DNA of 64,000 bases from Treponemataceae bacterium. GTDB lineage: Bacteria; Spirochaetota; Spirochaetia; Treponematales; Rectinemataceae. Location: positions 192,001 through 256,000 of the forward strand of contig CAXXGJ010000025.1 of NCBI GenBank assembly GCA_963677895.2, given 5' to 3'. Below, piece by piece: positions 1 through 10,104 of this stretch. The translations under genes and the position numbers were made by a program. Every line of letters begins with the position of its first letter. Within the stretch, counting starts at the first letter, position 1. The notes below the pieces were generated by a model, which saw only the letters and a program-made list of their open reading frames with translations, did not search any database and was not told the origin of the DNA.

Positions 1-408
1 CGAAGAAGCCCTAAAAGAGGCCATAGTGCGCTTTGGCGTGCCTTCGCTCTTCAATACTGACCAAGGAAGCCAGTTTACATCGAATACGTTTACGCAGATT
101 CTCCAAGACTATGGATTACAGATCAGTATGGACGGCCGAGGACGCTGGCGGGACAACGTACACATTGAACGGCTCTGGAGAACTGTAAAGTACGAAGACA
201 TCTACCTCCAGGGCTACGAAAATCTAAGGGCATTAAAGCGAGGGCTTACTTCTTATTTTGAATTCTATAATCGGTATCGGTTTCATCAGAACCTGGACTA
301 CGAGACACCTGACCACCGCTATCGTTCGTTCCAGGCTAAGAATTTGGTAGCGTAAATGGCCACCTTATTCGTCAGCTGTTTTTGGTCTTGATCTGAGGGC
401 CCAGCATA
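1..408 (+). mobile_element. IS3-family element, 3' part: transposase integrase-core C-terminus (stop at 355) and probable right inverted repeat
   Basis: FNTDQGSQFTS, SMDGRGRWRDNVHIERLWRTVKYE and YNRYRFHQNLDYETP are IS3 OrfB DDE motifs; TGGTCTTGATCTGAGGGCCCAGCATA (383-408) resembles IS3-type right ends; truncated by the window edge. Confidence 0.9.
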
Positions 409-853
409 GTACCCCGATGCTCGAGAACATCGGACCAAGGTTGATTGGGCACACCATATCGAACAACTCCTCATAGTGGAATATCCAACAGCAGAAAAGA
501 TTGTTCTCGTAATGGATAACTTGAATACCCATGGTATTTCATCGTTATACGATTCCTTCCCGCCATAGAAAGCATTCGAACTGGCCCAGCGGTTGGAAAT
601 TCACTATACGCCAAAACATGGGAGTTGGCTAAATATCGCTGAAATTGAACTCTCTGCGCTTGGTCGACAGTGTTTAGCAAAAGGAGAGTCGACTGCCTCA
701 ATGATCTGAATTCTGAGCTTGCGAGCTGGTATGTGAGCAGGAATAAAAACCAGCGCGTCGTTGATTGGCAATTCACAACACATGACGCAAGAACGAAACT
801 GGGGCGTCTATATCCAATTATCGATGATAATATTATATGTTACAGACTACTAG
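409..853 (+). pseudogene. IS630-family transposase remnant (C-terminal DDE part) with probable right end
   Basis: Frame from 410 reads [34 protein letters not shown]..(TAG 566-568)..HYTPKHGSWLNIAEIELSAL; after a frameshift near 680 it continues VDWQFTTHDARTKLGRLYP; ends TGTTACAGACTACTAG. Confidence 0.85.
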
Positions 854-1124
854 AAGAAAGGTGTCCATATTCCAGGGAGATTTACTTTGCTTTCCTTGTG
901 CCTATTGATAGGTATTATGACGACTTTTTTCTTAAGGATTTTCACAGCCATTATCAATATGGATATCGACCGCGATGATCAATGTGCCGATGATTTTTAT
1001 ATTGTAAGTACTCTTTGTGGGAACACTTGTTCGAAATCTTTCCCCTTTCCAAAATTGCCAAAATTGATTTCATGGCGGATCGCTCGGCCGCGCGTTGAAT
1101 AATCACCGGATTGAATGGCCGCGA

Positions 1125-2558
1125 TCAAACCAGATTGACCTTCAGCGGAAGGACTATGCGGAACTCCGTCCCCGCCTCCACTTCGCTTTTCACGTCGATC
1201 CGCCCTCCGTGCGCCTCGACGACAGCTTTGGCAACGGCTAGGCCGAGCCCGCTGCCGGCGGGACCTTCATCACCTTCGGTCCTCGCTTCGTCCACGCGGT
1301 AGAACCGATCGAATATTTTGCCGATCTTTTCGGAGGGAATGCCGGGGCCATTGTCCGACACGATGACACAAGCGTCGGTCTCCCGCGACTCCAGACGGAG
1401 ATCGATATGGCCATTATTCTTTCGGCCATATTTGATCGCGTTGTCCAGAAGGTTGCCAAGCACTGTCACGAGAGCTTTTCGATCGCCGAACACTATGGTT
1501 TCCGGCAACTCTCCGACGACGAGCTTAGCCCCCTTGGCCGAAGCGAGAGGGCCAAATCGTTCTACCGCCTCTAGGGCGATGTCAGCAAGGTCGACGAATT
1601 TCCAAGAAGTCTTGAGCCCACCTTCGTCGGCGCGGGCGAGGGTCAAGAGATCCTCGACCAACTTCGACATGAAGACGCTTTCGGTCCGGATCGACGTCAG
1701 GCTGCGCCTATATTCGCCCACCGATCGCTCCGAACCCAGGGATCGTTCCGTCTCCAACATGATGATGGAGAGCGGCGTGCGCAGTTCGTGGCCAGCATCG
1801 GCGATGAAGCGTTTTTGTCGCGCAAAAACCGCCTCGAGTCGATCGAGCATCTCGTCGAATACCGAGGAAATTTCTCCAAGCTCATCGCGGGTCCCGAGTC
1901 GTATTCTCCGCGAGAGATCTCCTTCACCTATCGATCTCGCCGTCTTCGCGATCCGCGCCACGGGTTTCATCGATTTGTTTGCCAACCATACTCCGCTCAA
2001 CAGAGCGGAGGCGAGCATGAGGATGAGCGCCAAGAGTAAATTCACGAGGAGCCTTAGACGAAGTCCATAGGGATCGAGAGGCGCTCCATAGAGAAGGTGT
2101 CCCCCAGGAGCGAACCCTTCTGGCCGTTCGAGCCACATATAGCCAAATAGAAGATCACCGCTCGCGACGTAGCTCGAAGGATTCGTCCCCTTCGACGGCC
2201 GGCCCCCACTGTTCTTTTCGGCTATGGGAGGAGCGCCCGCCGCGGACGCCGCCAGGGAGAGAGCCTTTTTTTCGTCGATCCCCTCGGCGCGAAGCACCTT
2301 CCCATCGCTCCCTATGACGGCGAAGGCCTCGTCGGAGCGCAGGGAGACATCCTGACCACGGTCCAAGGCGCGAAGAAGATCTCCCATCTCCTTGGATACC
2401 CGAAACCGGCTTTCGCCGTAGATATCCCGCACTTGATTGAGATAGATAAACGCGCCGAAGGCGATCGTGAGGATGCCTATCAGCACCGTATACCAAAGGG
2501 TTATACGGAAGTGGCTGCTCTTCAGAAAACTCGTCCGTCCCGCAGGTTCACTCATCAT
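1125..2558 (-). CDS. Sensor histidine kinase (2 TM, HAMP, HisKA, HATPase_c)
   Basis: H-box FIADAGHELRTPL, N-box NLLDNAIKY, DNGPGI, FDRFYRVD, GSGLGLAV; start overlaps the upstream regulator stop. Confidence 0.95.
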   Translation of the reverse strand: MMSEPAGRTSFLKSSHFRITLWYTVLIGILTIAFGAFIYLNQVRDIYGESRFRVSKEMGDLLRALDRGQDVSLRSDEAFAVIGSDGKVLRAEGIDEKKALSLAASAAGAPPIAEKNSGGRPSKGTNPSSYVASGDLLFGYMWLERPEGFAPGGHLLYGAPLDPYGLRLRLLVNLLLALILMLASALLSGVWLANKSMKPVARIAKTARSIGEGDLSRRIRLGTRDELGEISSVFDEMLDRLEAVFARQKRFIADAGHELRTPLSIIMLETERSLGSERSVGEYRRSLTSIRTESVFMSKLVEDLLTLARADEGGLKTSWKFVDLADIALEAVERFGPLASAKGAKLVVGELPETIVFGDRKALVTVLGNLLDNAIKYGRKNNGHIDLRLESRETDACVIVSDNGPGIPSEKIGKIFDRFYRVDEARTEGDEGPAGSGLGLAVAKAVVEAHGGRIDVKSEVEAGTEFRIVLPLKVNLV

Positions 2559-3241
2559 TTGTCCCTCGCGGGATCGCGCAGACGATAGCCTGTTCCCCGC
2601 ACGGTCTCCAGCAGCTTAACCTCGAAGCCGTCGTCGAGTTTCGCCCTCAGGCGCCGAATGTAGACGTCCACGACATTCGAGACGACGATATTCTCCTGGC
2701 TCCACAGATGCTCCTCGACAAGCTCGCGGGTGACGGTCTGTCCGACATGCCTCATCAGATACTCAAGGAGCCCAAACTCCCGTGGCGTGAGATCAAGGAG
2801 CTTTTCTCCTCTGTGCACCTCGTGCCTAGCCGGATCGAGCGCGATGTCGCCCACTCGAAGCTCTCCCGCTGTACCTGCCGCCCCGCGCCTGAGCAAGGCT
2901 CTAATCCTCGCCAGGAGCTCGGCGAGTTCGAAGGGTTTTGGGAGATAATCGTCTGCCCCTATATCGAGCCCACGAACTTTGTCTTCGACATCGAGGCGGG
3001 CCGTGAGCATGAGGATCGGCGTCGTCACCTTCCTGGTCCGCAGGGCGCGGCATACCTCGAAACCATCCTTGCCCGGAAGCATGACGTCCAGCACTACAAG
3101 GTCGTATGCCGAGGAAGAGCCCATGCCCACTCCTTCGGGACCGTCGTAGGCCGGATCGACGGCGTAGCCCTCCTCCTGGAGGGATTCTGCCAGCGCGGCG
3201 GAGAACCGCCTGTTGTCCTCGACGAGCAGTATTCGCATCAA
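2555..3241 (-). CDS. OmpR/PhoB-family response regulator
   Basis: RILLVED, LDVMLPGKDG, GADDYLPKPF, winged helix LTPREFGLL..VDVYIRRLRAKL..ETVRGTGY. Confidence 0.95.
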   Translation of the reverse strand: MMRILLVEDNRRFSAALAESLQEEGYAVDPAYDGPEGVGMGSSSAYDLVVLDVMLPGKDGFEVCRALRTRKVTTPILMLTARLDVEDKVRGLDIGADDYLPKPFELAELLARIRALLRRGAAGTAGELRVGDIALDPARHEVHRGEKLLDLTPREFGLLEYLMRHVGQTVTRELVEEHLWSQENIVVSNVVDVYIRRLRAKLDDGFEVKLLETVRGTGYRLRDPARDK

Positions 3242-3364
3242 GAATCTCCCTGAATGCTGGCCTTCAGCGTCGACCCGCTTCGCTTTATCTCATTAAAACA
3301 TATTTCACAAGCCCACGCGAGAGACATCGGCGAGCGGCGCTGGGGATGGACCGAGGATAAACCG

Positions 3365-4390
3365 TCAGCCGCAGATTTGGGCTATCCACGCGAAGATTTC
3401 TTCTTTGTCATAGTCGCCACTGCGACGGATGTGCCAGTATCGAGCGATCGTCGCGTCTACGCCTACCATGGAGCAGTAGTCGTCAATTCCGCCCAGCTGT
3501 CGTCCATAGGCCATATCGACATCTTCGAGGCCGCTGATCGGGCAATGGCAGCAGGCGGCGAAGACATCGTCCCGCGCGTCCGCCGCCCCGAGAGACTTCA
3601 GGTAAGGCTCATAGTCCTTGCTGTTGCCCGTGACTCCGAGAATGGCTGAGATAACGCCGCCGATACTCGTGCCGTTGGATATGATTTTCTCGGCGTCGCC
3701 CGGCATGACTGCGTCATTGTAGCGCAAGTAGCGAACGGCGGCCTTGAGATCGACGATACAGGCTAAAATGTCGTCCGCGCAGAGACCGTCGTTTTGGATG
3801 ATCCCCCTACAACCAGGCGAGGCGACGATGTAACCTTTGGCCAGGGCGACGGAAATAGCGTTGGGACCAGGACCGAGACCGCAGAAACCACCGGGGACTG
3901 CGGGCGACGCCCCTGAGACAACGTCTACCGGCGAAATTGTCGTGCTCGCAAAATCGCTGGCGACGAGGCCGACGGATATACCAGATGACGGATTGGCCAC
4001 GAGGTCGCTAGGTTCGGTGGGCATGTACCCCCCCATGGCGTTGGTGAAAAAGATCGGCGCGCTGTCGACCGAATAGCCTCCGATCATCCTTCCTTCGTAA
4101 TAGTCTTCAGGTACGAAAAAGTCCATGCTTTCATCCCTGGAGCTGACAGGATCGGATACGTAGACGATTCCTTCGAAAGCGCGATATCTGATCGTCTGAT
4201 CGTCCACCGTCGTAGTCTTGATGGAATAGGGCTGCTGATCGAAGACGAGGCTGTGCGCTGCTTTGTCAGAAGCCTTCCACGATGAGGAGAGCTCCGGTGA
4301 AGCGGTCGCATCTTGAACCAACGCGGAAAAAGCCGCGATCATCAACGCCGCCAAAAGAAATCGTTCACCCACAAAAGAACGCTTATCCAT
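3365..4390 (-). CDS. Subtype-B tannase-like secreted alpha/beta hydrolase, apparently internally shortened
   Basis: Signal peptide; YRAFEGIVYV, APIFFTNAMGGYMP, VASPGCRG, IVDLKAAVRYLRYND..MPGDAEKIISNGTSIGG, C-terminal SGDYD.EEIFAWI; start placed at ATG 4390 behind GAAGGTG. Confidence 0.7.
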   Translation of the reverse strand: MDKRSFVGERFLLAALMIAAFSALVQDATASPELSSSWKASDKAAHSLVFDQQPYSIKTTTVDDQTIRYRAFEGIVYVSDPVSSRDESMDFFVPEDYYEGRMIGGYSVDSAPIFFTNAMGGYMPTEPSDLVANPSSGISVGLVASDFASTTISPVDVVSGASPAVPGGFCGLGPGPNAISVALAKGYIVASPGCRGIIQNDGLCADDILACIVDLKAAVRYLRYNDAVMPGDAEKIISNGTSIGGVISAILGVTGNSKDYEPYLKSLGAADARDDVFAACCHCPISGLEDVDMAYGRQLGGIDDYCSMVGVDATIARYWHIRRSGDYDKEEIFAWIAQICG

Positions 4391-4476
4391 GTCGTACACC
4401 TTCATGGCCAAGAGCTATATCGGCGTCGCGGTCAATCTTGGCCTTCTCCAGCGTCTTCATATACATGATAGTCCGT

Positions 4477-4857
4477 TCATACTCTCTGATCAGTCCGGGA
4501 AACGGGTTCAGGTATCCCAGGTCCATTTTTTTTGTCGTGCCCGAGGAACCGCCTTATGATGACGCCTACGATCGCCACGGCCGCGAAGACGCCCGAAAAT
4601 TTGGCGAGCACAAGGAGCACCGCTACAAGCTTGTTCCCTGAACCGCCGCCGGGACGTCCGTGCGTGGTGGCTAGGTTGGAAGCCGAGCCATCGGGTGATG
4701 CGCCGTAAGGCCCACCATAGGGAGACTGTTGTCTTGCCGCCGTCATGGCCGCGGGGGCAGGAACCGCGCTTGTCAGCTGGACTATCGAATAGGCCCCGAA
4801 ACCTATGGCGCAAGCGATCGCCAGGATCGCCAGAATTCGCACTACCGGTTTCATCAC
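4477..4857 (-). CDS. Small 2-TM membrane protein with Gly/Pro-rich linker
   Basis: Two hydrophobic helices; start overlaps the upstream stop; SD GGAGGT. Confidence 0.7.
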   Translation of the reverse strand: MMKPVVRILAILAIACAIGFGAYSIVQLTSAVPAPAAMTAARQQSPYGGPYGASPDGSASNLATTHGRPGGGSGNKLVAVLLVLAKFSGVFAAVAIVGVIIRRFLGHDKKNGPGIPEPVSRTDQRV

Positions 4858-5363
4858 TTCACCTCCGGGAGCGCTATCTTTTCAGGCCGCTTGCGGAAGA
4901 GGTTGATGATCGGCTCAATCAGATGCTTCTTTCCGTTGAACGCGATCCATCTCGCATGTAGGCCGCAATGGATCCCCAGGGTGATGAGGGCGATTTCCGC
5001 CGCCATCCCGTGGATCCGTTTCCAAACCAGGGAGAAAGGAAGACTGATCCCGAGGGCAGGAAGAGCGACCTTCGAGAGGGCAAAGCCGCTGACCATGATC
5101 AGTATCATCGCGAGAAAGAAGACACTGTCGACCACGAAGTTGAGGCGAGATTCGTGGAACAACCTCGCGAAGAATTTGGGCGCGACGCCGACAATCCACT
5201 CCCAATGGAGGAGAAGGTGGACGACGACGCAGGCCGCAAAGGCGATGGACAGCCACTCGTGGACGGGTATACCCGTGGTTCGCGGCGTCATCGCCAGGAC
5301 GAAGGCCATAAAAATGGCGATGTCCAGGAAAAGATTTGTGACTGTTTTGTTCTTGATAGGCAT
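4854..5363 (-). CDS. DUF4405 / cytochrome-b-like 4-TM protein
   Basis: His in each helix: IPVHEWL, VHLLLHWEW, WKRIHG, GIHCGLHARW; MILIMVSG motif. Confidence 0.8.
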   Translation of the reverse strand: MPIKNKTVTNLFLDIAIFMAFVLAMTPRTTGIPVHEWLSIAFAACVVVHLLLHWEWIVGVAPKFFARLFHESRLNFVVDSVFFLAMILIMVSGFALSKVALPALGISLPFSLVWKRIHGMAAEIALITLGIHCGLHARWIAFNGKKHLIEPIINLFRKRPEKIALPEVK

Positions 5364-5433
5364 ATGCGTACTCCCTATAGTTTTCTAGACCAATCGTGGG
5401 CTCGACGAGCCTTCCTTCGGTCTATGTGTTAAG

Positions 5434-5466
5434 AACATACGGCACGAAGATGACATCCAGATGACA
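5434..5466 (-). promoter_or_regulatory. OmpR/PhoB-type direct-repeat box plus -10 element for the DUF4405-tannase-RR-HK operon
   Basis: Minus strand TGTCAT-ctgga-TGTCAT (11-bp period, 5450-5466), followed 10 nt later by TATGTT (5434-5439). Confidence 0.65.
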
Positions 5467-5717
5467 AACGAAGAAAAATCTCTTTCGACCGACGGGCCAC
5501 GCTATCGGGAACTTGCCGATTTCTCCGGGTCCGCCGATGAGCGCTGAAAAGCATCCTACCTAGATACATCGATCCCGACAAATTCGCGTCAGTTGGGGGC
5601 GAGACAAATGAGGCCCGCTCCGCAGCTGCAAATATTTCTTGTATTTGGGTCTGAAATAATTAGAATTAATATTTGCAGGGCATTTAAGAAAGCCAAAGTG
5701 CTTCCCGAGGAGGTCTC

Positions 5718-7165
5718 GTGAACAAGCGAAGACTCGGGGAATTCGCCTTTGTTTCCATCGCGTTTCTGATCGTGACATCGTGCGCCTATACCACCAAGAA
5801 TAGAATTGTTGCCTCGGCGAACCAACCGCAGCAGAAAATACTGCCCCGATCCGGCCCTGGTCCCAGCGCCGATATCGATGAAAGCCTCGCCGAAGCCGCG
5901 CGTCTGTAGGCGCAAACCGGCGGCGCCAGAGGCAGCATCAGGGCGCAATTCGTGTCCTATATCAGGAAAAGGCTTTTAAGCATTGGCGCAAGCGAAATTT
6001 CACGGAACGTCGTCTCCGACCCAATTACGTATGATACCGAGTATTTCTGCGAAGATGGTTCCCGAAAAACCTGGAAACTCAGCGGTCTTGTTTTCCTGCC
6101 CATCGGCTCGGCGGATGAGAAGATATCGGCGCCGATAATCTCGTTCCAGTAAGGAACCCAGGTCAACAAAGGAAACGCCCCTTCAAGGTTCGACCCCAAT
6201 CCCGGCGTAGTTCTAAAGAACCCGCTTCGACCCGAAACAGACGAGGCGCTGCTCAACTATTTGGAGTGCACCATGGGCGCTGCCCTCGCAACATTTGGGT
6301 ATATCGTCGTAATGCCGGATTACCCAGGCTTTGGGGATAATACCGATATCCATCCCTACGTTCACCGTTCTCTTGGGGATTGCGTGAGGAACGCCATACT
6401 AGAAACAATCTCGCTGACGGGGACGACCAGTGGAAGGATCGGCTTTCGTGGAATGGCCGGCTCTACCTGATAGGCTATTCCGAAGGCGGGTGTGCCACGA
6501 TGGTCGGGGCAAAATCCCTGTCGGCCATGACTACTGAGACGATCCACGTAACCGCCGCCACTCTCTGCGATGGCTCCTACGATCTGTCGGGAACGATGAC
6601 TGAGCGGATTTTGGATAAGAAGCCTGAGATTAACCCTCACTACATACCCTACACTTTTATCGGCTATGAGGTGATCTACGGCGATTCGATTTTCAGGTCG
6701 TCCTCACCTTTCAAGGGAAACTACGCCGCGCGACTTCCGTGCCTTTTCGACGGAAACCATTGGACGGCCCAGATGTTTGCGGAGATCCCGCGAGCCGGAC
6801 TTTTCTCGCATCGGTATATAGCCCGCGACATCCTGGGCAGCGATGTAATCAAGGATTTAAGGGATGTTTCAAGCCCGCTCTTCAAAGCCATTCGCGAAAA
6901 CGACGCATTCAGAGGATGGAAGCCTACCTTTCTGATGAGGATCGTCCACTGCGAGAAAAACGATGTGGTTCCGGCCGAAAACGCTATCGCCGCATACTAT
7001 GCCTTCGGTGGATCAGAAACGACTAACGTGGAACTCGTGTATGTGCAGCCAGTAACGTTTGCGGCGACGCGGGCGGATATCCACACCAGGGCATTCCCCA
7101 CCGCCTTGCTCGATGGGTTTTCCTACATATATCGAACTGAATCCGTGGAGGAAAAGAACGAGTAA
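5718..7165 (+). pseudogene. Lipoprotein lipase/esterase (alpha/beta hydrolase) pseudogene
   Basis: SD GAGGAGG, lipobox IVTSC, LSGLVFLP, ISFQ*GT, GYIVVMPDYPGFG..HPYV, GYSEGG nucleophile elbow; in-frame TAG (5907-5909) and TAA (6150-6152) plus a frameshift near 6400-6420. Confidence 0.8.
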
Positions 7166-7261
7166 TTGAAGTGTAACCATCACTGCCTTGAAACGGTATA
7201 TAAAAGGGTGGTGCATAGCTCTTGAGAATTCCGGCCGCCGCCTGCGCCTGGAAAGGAGCAT

Positions 7262-7432
7262 ATGATGAAGTGTCGTCAAGCGCGATGCGGAGTTGCTTCA
7301 ATCAGAGGGATAATCGGATTAACTGCAATCATTCTTGTTTCAGTTTCGGCTGTGAGCTGCGATTGGCTATCCGGCTCCAAGGCCGCGGCATATGTCGCGG
7401 GATACTACGGCAATGGCAAATCCACAAGCTGA
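7262..7432 (+). pseudogene. Truncated lipoprotein N-terminus (56 aa; absent from the ORF track)
   Basis: SD AAAGGAG; MMKCRQARCGVASIRGIIGLTAIILVSVSAVSCDWLSGSKAAAYVAGYYGNGKSTS*; lipobox AVS/C. Confidence 0.55.
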
Positions 7433-8470
7433 AGAACGGATACAGCCAGCTCGCGGAGCGGATCAACCTTATGCCGCAGGGAGCGCCTCTTGGAGAACTC
7501 TTGTACAAGATATTATCCATCCTGTTTTCTGAGAAGGAGGCCGATCGAGGCGCGCGGTATGATGCTGGACATCGAAAATCCCGAGGGTGCACAGATATTC
7601 AGCATGCTGCCGCCCATAGCGAGTTTCTTCGAATTTTCCATGATGCGGGTGGACAACGGCTACGACCAGAAACCTCTCGCCGAGCTTTACTACCGCTATC
7701 TCAACTTCGAGGAAGACTTCATAAAAAACCTGTTCGCGGGCGGGAAAACCCAGTTAAGCAGGGTCTTCGTCAACGAGCCTTCGTTCTCCGAGGAGAACTG
7801 CTTTCACGTTTTGGACTACGAGCGCGCGAGCGAAGTGATCCGGACAGCGACGCATGTGGGAATCGGCACCTGCTACTGCCGCCACAAGATGAGCCATCTG
7901 TATCGCGCGTGCGACGCCCCGATGGACATCTGTATGACCTTCAATGGTGTCGCGCAATCCCTCATCGCGCGCGGCGTTGGCGAACGCGAAGGCCTGGACC
8001 TCCTCGATAAAGCTATAGCGCACAACCTTGTCCAGTTCGGCGAGAATGTCCGCGAATCGGTGTCGTTCATCTGCAATTGCTGCGGATGCTGCGGGGTGCG
8101 ACGCTTACGCGCAGATCTGCCCCGTGGAACCGGTGGGCATGGTGAGCGCCGGAGATCCCCATGACAGCCGCAGGGAAAAGGCTCACGTCGATACATCGAT
8201 CTGCCTCGGCTGCGGAGTGTGCGCGCACGCTTGTCCCCAAAAGTCATTTCGCTTACGTCGCGGGAAAAGCGCGTGATCACGCCGGTCAATTCCGCCCACC
8301 GGACAGTTCACATGGCCATCGAGAGCGGGAAGCTCCAGAATCTCGTGTTCGACAACCAGGTCTTGGAGTCGCACCGCGCCATGGCGGCTGTTCTCGGCGT
8401 CATCCTGAAACTGCCTCCCACCAAGCAGATCATGGCCAGCCGGCAGATGAAATCGCGGTACCTCCTGATT
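7413..8470 (+). pseudogene. 4Fe-4S dicluster protein pseudogene with several frameshifts and deletions
   Basis: Fragments in different frames: KNGYSQLAERINLMPQGAP, FFEFSMMR, LDYERASEVI..CYCRHK..CDAPMDICMTF, FICNCCGCC, CPVE, CLGCGVCAHACP, RVITPVNSAHR..MAIESGKLQNLVFD. Confidence 0.85.
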
Positions 8471-8640
8471 AATGCCCTCGTGTTATATATTTCGTTTTTA
8501 TCAAAATACATTGATAATAATTTGACCAAGCAAAATGCTGCGCCAGAAAAAAATAAAAACAACCGATAGTTGCAAGCGGTTGCGCGGGGATCCGCTGTGT
8601 TTCTCTATAGCCTCTCCTGACGAGTGGGTACGTCATATGG

Positions 8641-10092
8641 TTATCCTATCGATGGTGACTCGCGAGCGAATTTTGTCAGATAGTACAAAAACGCTGTACA
8701 GGACTTTTCGTTCTCCCGTAGTCCCTTGAGCGTAAAGAACTCGTTCGGCGCGTGGATCATACCGCTGATCCCAAGCCCGTAATCGACGAAGGGGATCGAA
8801 ATGGGCGGGTCGGTAAAAACGTAAGACGGACCCGTGCCCGGAAAAATCGGCCAAACCGTCGTTTCCGGATAACCGGAATCGTGCATAGCCGCGATGCAGG
8901 CTCGGGCGGCCACGCTGTCCTCCTTTACCTTCGACCAGGGCGTCCCTTGTCGCTTTTTCAGCTCGATATCCTGAAACCCATGCGCATCAAGATGCTCCCT
9001 GATCCGCTTGATCATCGCCTCTGCTGTCATATTTGGAACGAGACGAATATCGAGCTTTGCCTGCGCTTTATACGGAAGCACTGTCTTCGTGGCAGGGCCC
9101 GTATAACCCGCCCATATGCCATCGATATTCAGCGAAGGCGTCCAAAGCCAGGCCCTAAGCGCGTCCGCCCCCGAAAGTTTCTTCATGAAGCGCGTTGCGC
9201 CCAGCCGATCTCTCAGATACATCTTGTCGTCGAAAACCGCTGCCAGTTCCTGCGTCAGCTGGTTATCGGTTTCATCGGGTTCGACGACTTCGTCGAAAAA
9301 GCCTTCGATCAGGATCTTGTCGTTCTCGTCGCGCATCGTGCCCAAAGCCCGCACCAGTCGCCAGACCGGGCTGGAAAGCCAGGTCGCGTTCATGCTATGC
9401 ACATCCGCCCTGCACGGTCCGCCCCAATCCCCTCCTCTGGCTTCCAATTCCAGATAAAGCATGCCCTTGTTCCCCAGCGTGGTAAACGGCCTGCCCTTCT
9501 CGTCCTGTCGCGCGGCATTCAGAAAAACCCCGACACATTTCGACAGTTCCTCGGCATGCGCTTTTGTGAAGGGAACCATGCTTTCGCTGCCCATCTCCTC
9601 TTCGCCTTCGACGACAAAAAGGATATTCAAAGGGAAGGCCCCGAGGGTTTTTTTGATGGACTCCACGGCATTGAGGAAACAAACCAGCGGACCTTTGGAA
9701 TTGGCGATGCCCCTTGCCACGACACAAGAGCCGTGTGGTTCCACGTCCATGATTGCTCCGGCGAAGGGCTCCACCTTCCACTCATTCAGCGGTTCGGGCG
9801 GCTGTACGTCGTACATCCCGTACATTACCAGCGTCGGCGCATCGGGGATATCGGCCGGCAGCCTGCCGACTACTATCGGGCTATGGATGTATCTTTCAAG
9901 ATGGATATCGACACAGCCGACAGCGCTCAGGAGGTCTTCAACTTTCCGGGCGCATGCTTCTATTCCTTCCCCCGTCCCGGCGATGCTGGGCTGGCGCACC
10001 AGATCCAGGATCCGCGGCAGATGCTCGCTATCGAAATGTTCGTCGATATATGCATATACAGGCGTTGTCCAATTATCTTTCATGGTTATCAC
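8641..10092 (-). CDS. M20-family metallohydrolase (dipeptidase/deacylase-like), paralog 2
   Basis: VRQPSIAG, YGMYDVQP, ARGIANSKGP, EGEEEMGS, LDIRLVP, IHAPNE. Confidence 0.92.
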   Translation of the reverse strand: MITMKDNWTTPVYAYIDEHFDSEHLPRILDLVRQPSIAGTGEGIEACARKVEDLLSAVGCVDIHLERYIHSPIVVGRLPADIPDAPTLVMYGMYDVQPPEPLNEWKVEPFAGAIMDVEPHGSCVVARGIANSKGPLVCFLNAVESIKKTLGAFPLNILFVVEGEEEMGSESMVPFTKAHAEELSKCVGVFLNAARQDEKGRPFTTLGNKGMLYLELEARGGDWGGPCRADVHSMNATWLSSPVWRLVRALGTMRDENDKILIEGFFDEVVEPDETDNQLTQELAAVFDDKMYLRDRLGATRFMKKLSGADALRAWLWTPSLNIDGIWAGYTGPATKTVLPYKAQAKLDIRLVPNMTAEAMIKRIREHLDAHGFQDIELKKRQGTPWSKVKEDSVAARACIAAMHDSGYPETTVWPIFPGTGPSYVFTDPPISIPFVDYGLGISGMIHAPNEFFTLKGLRENEKSCTAFLYYLTKFARESPSIG

Positions 10093-10104
10093 TATGACTC
10101 CCGA

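Noticed and set aside
854..1075. Possible minus-strand remnant of a small membrane-protein gene
   Set aside because: Only short hydrophobic fragments in different frames; not identifiable without a search
4383..4466. 27-codon minus-strand ORF (MYMKTLEKAKIDRDADIALGHEGVRHG) before the tannase-like gene
   Set aside because: Too short, weak SD, no motif
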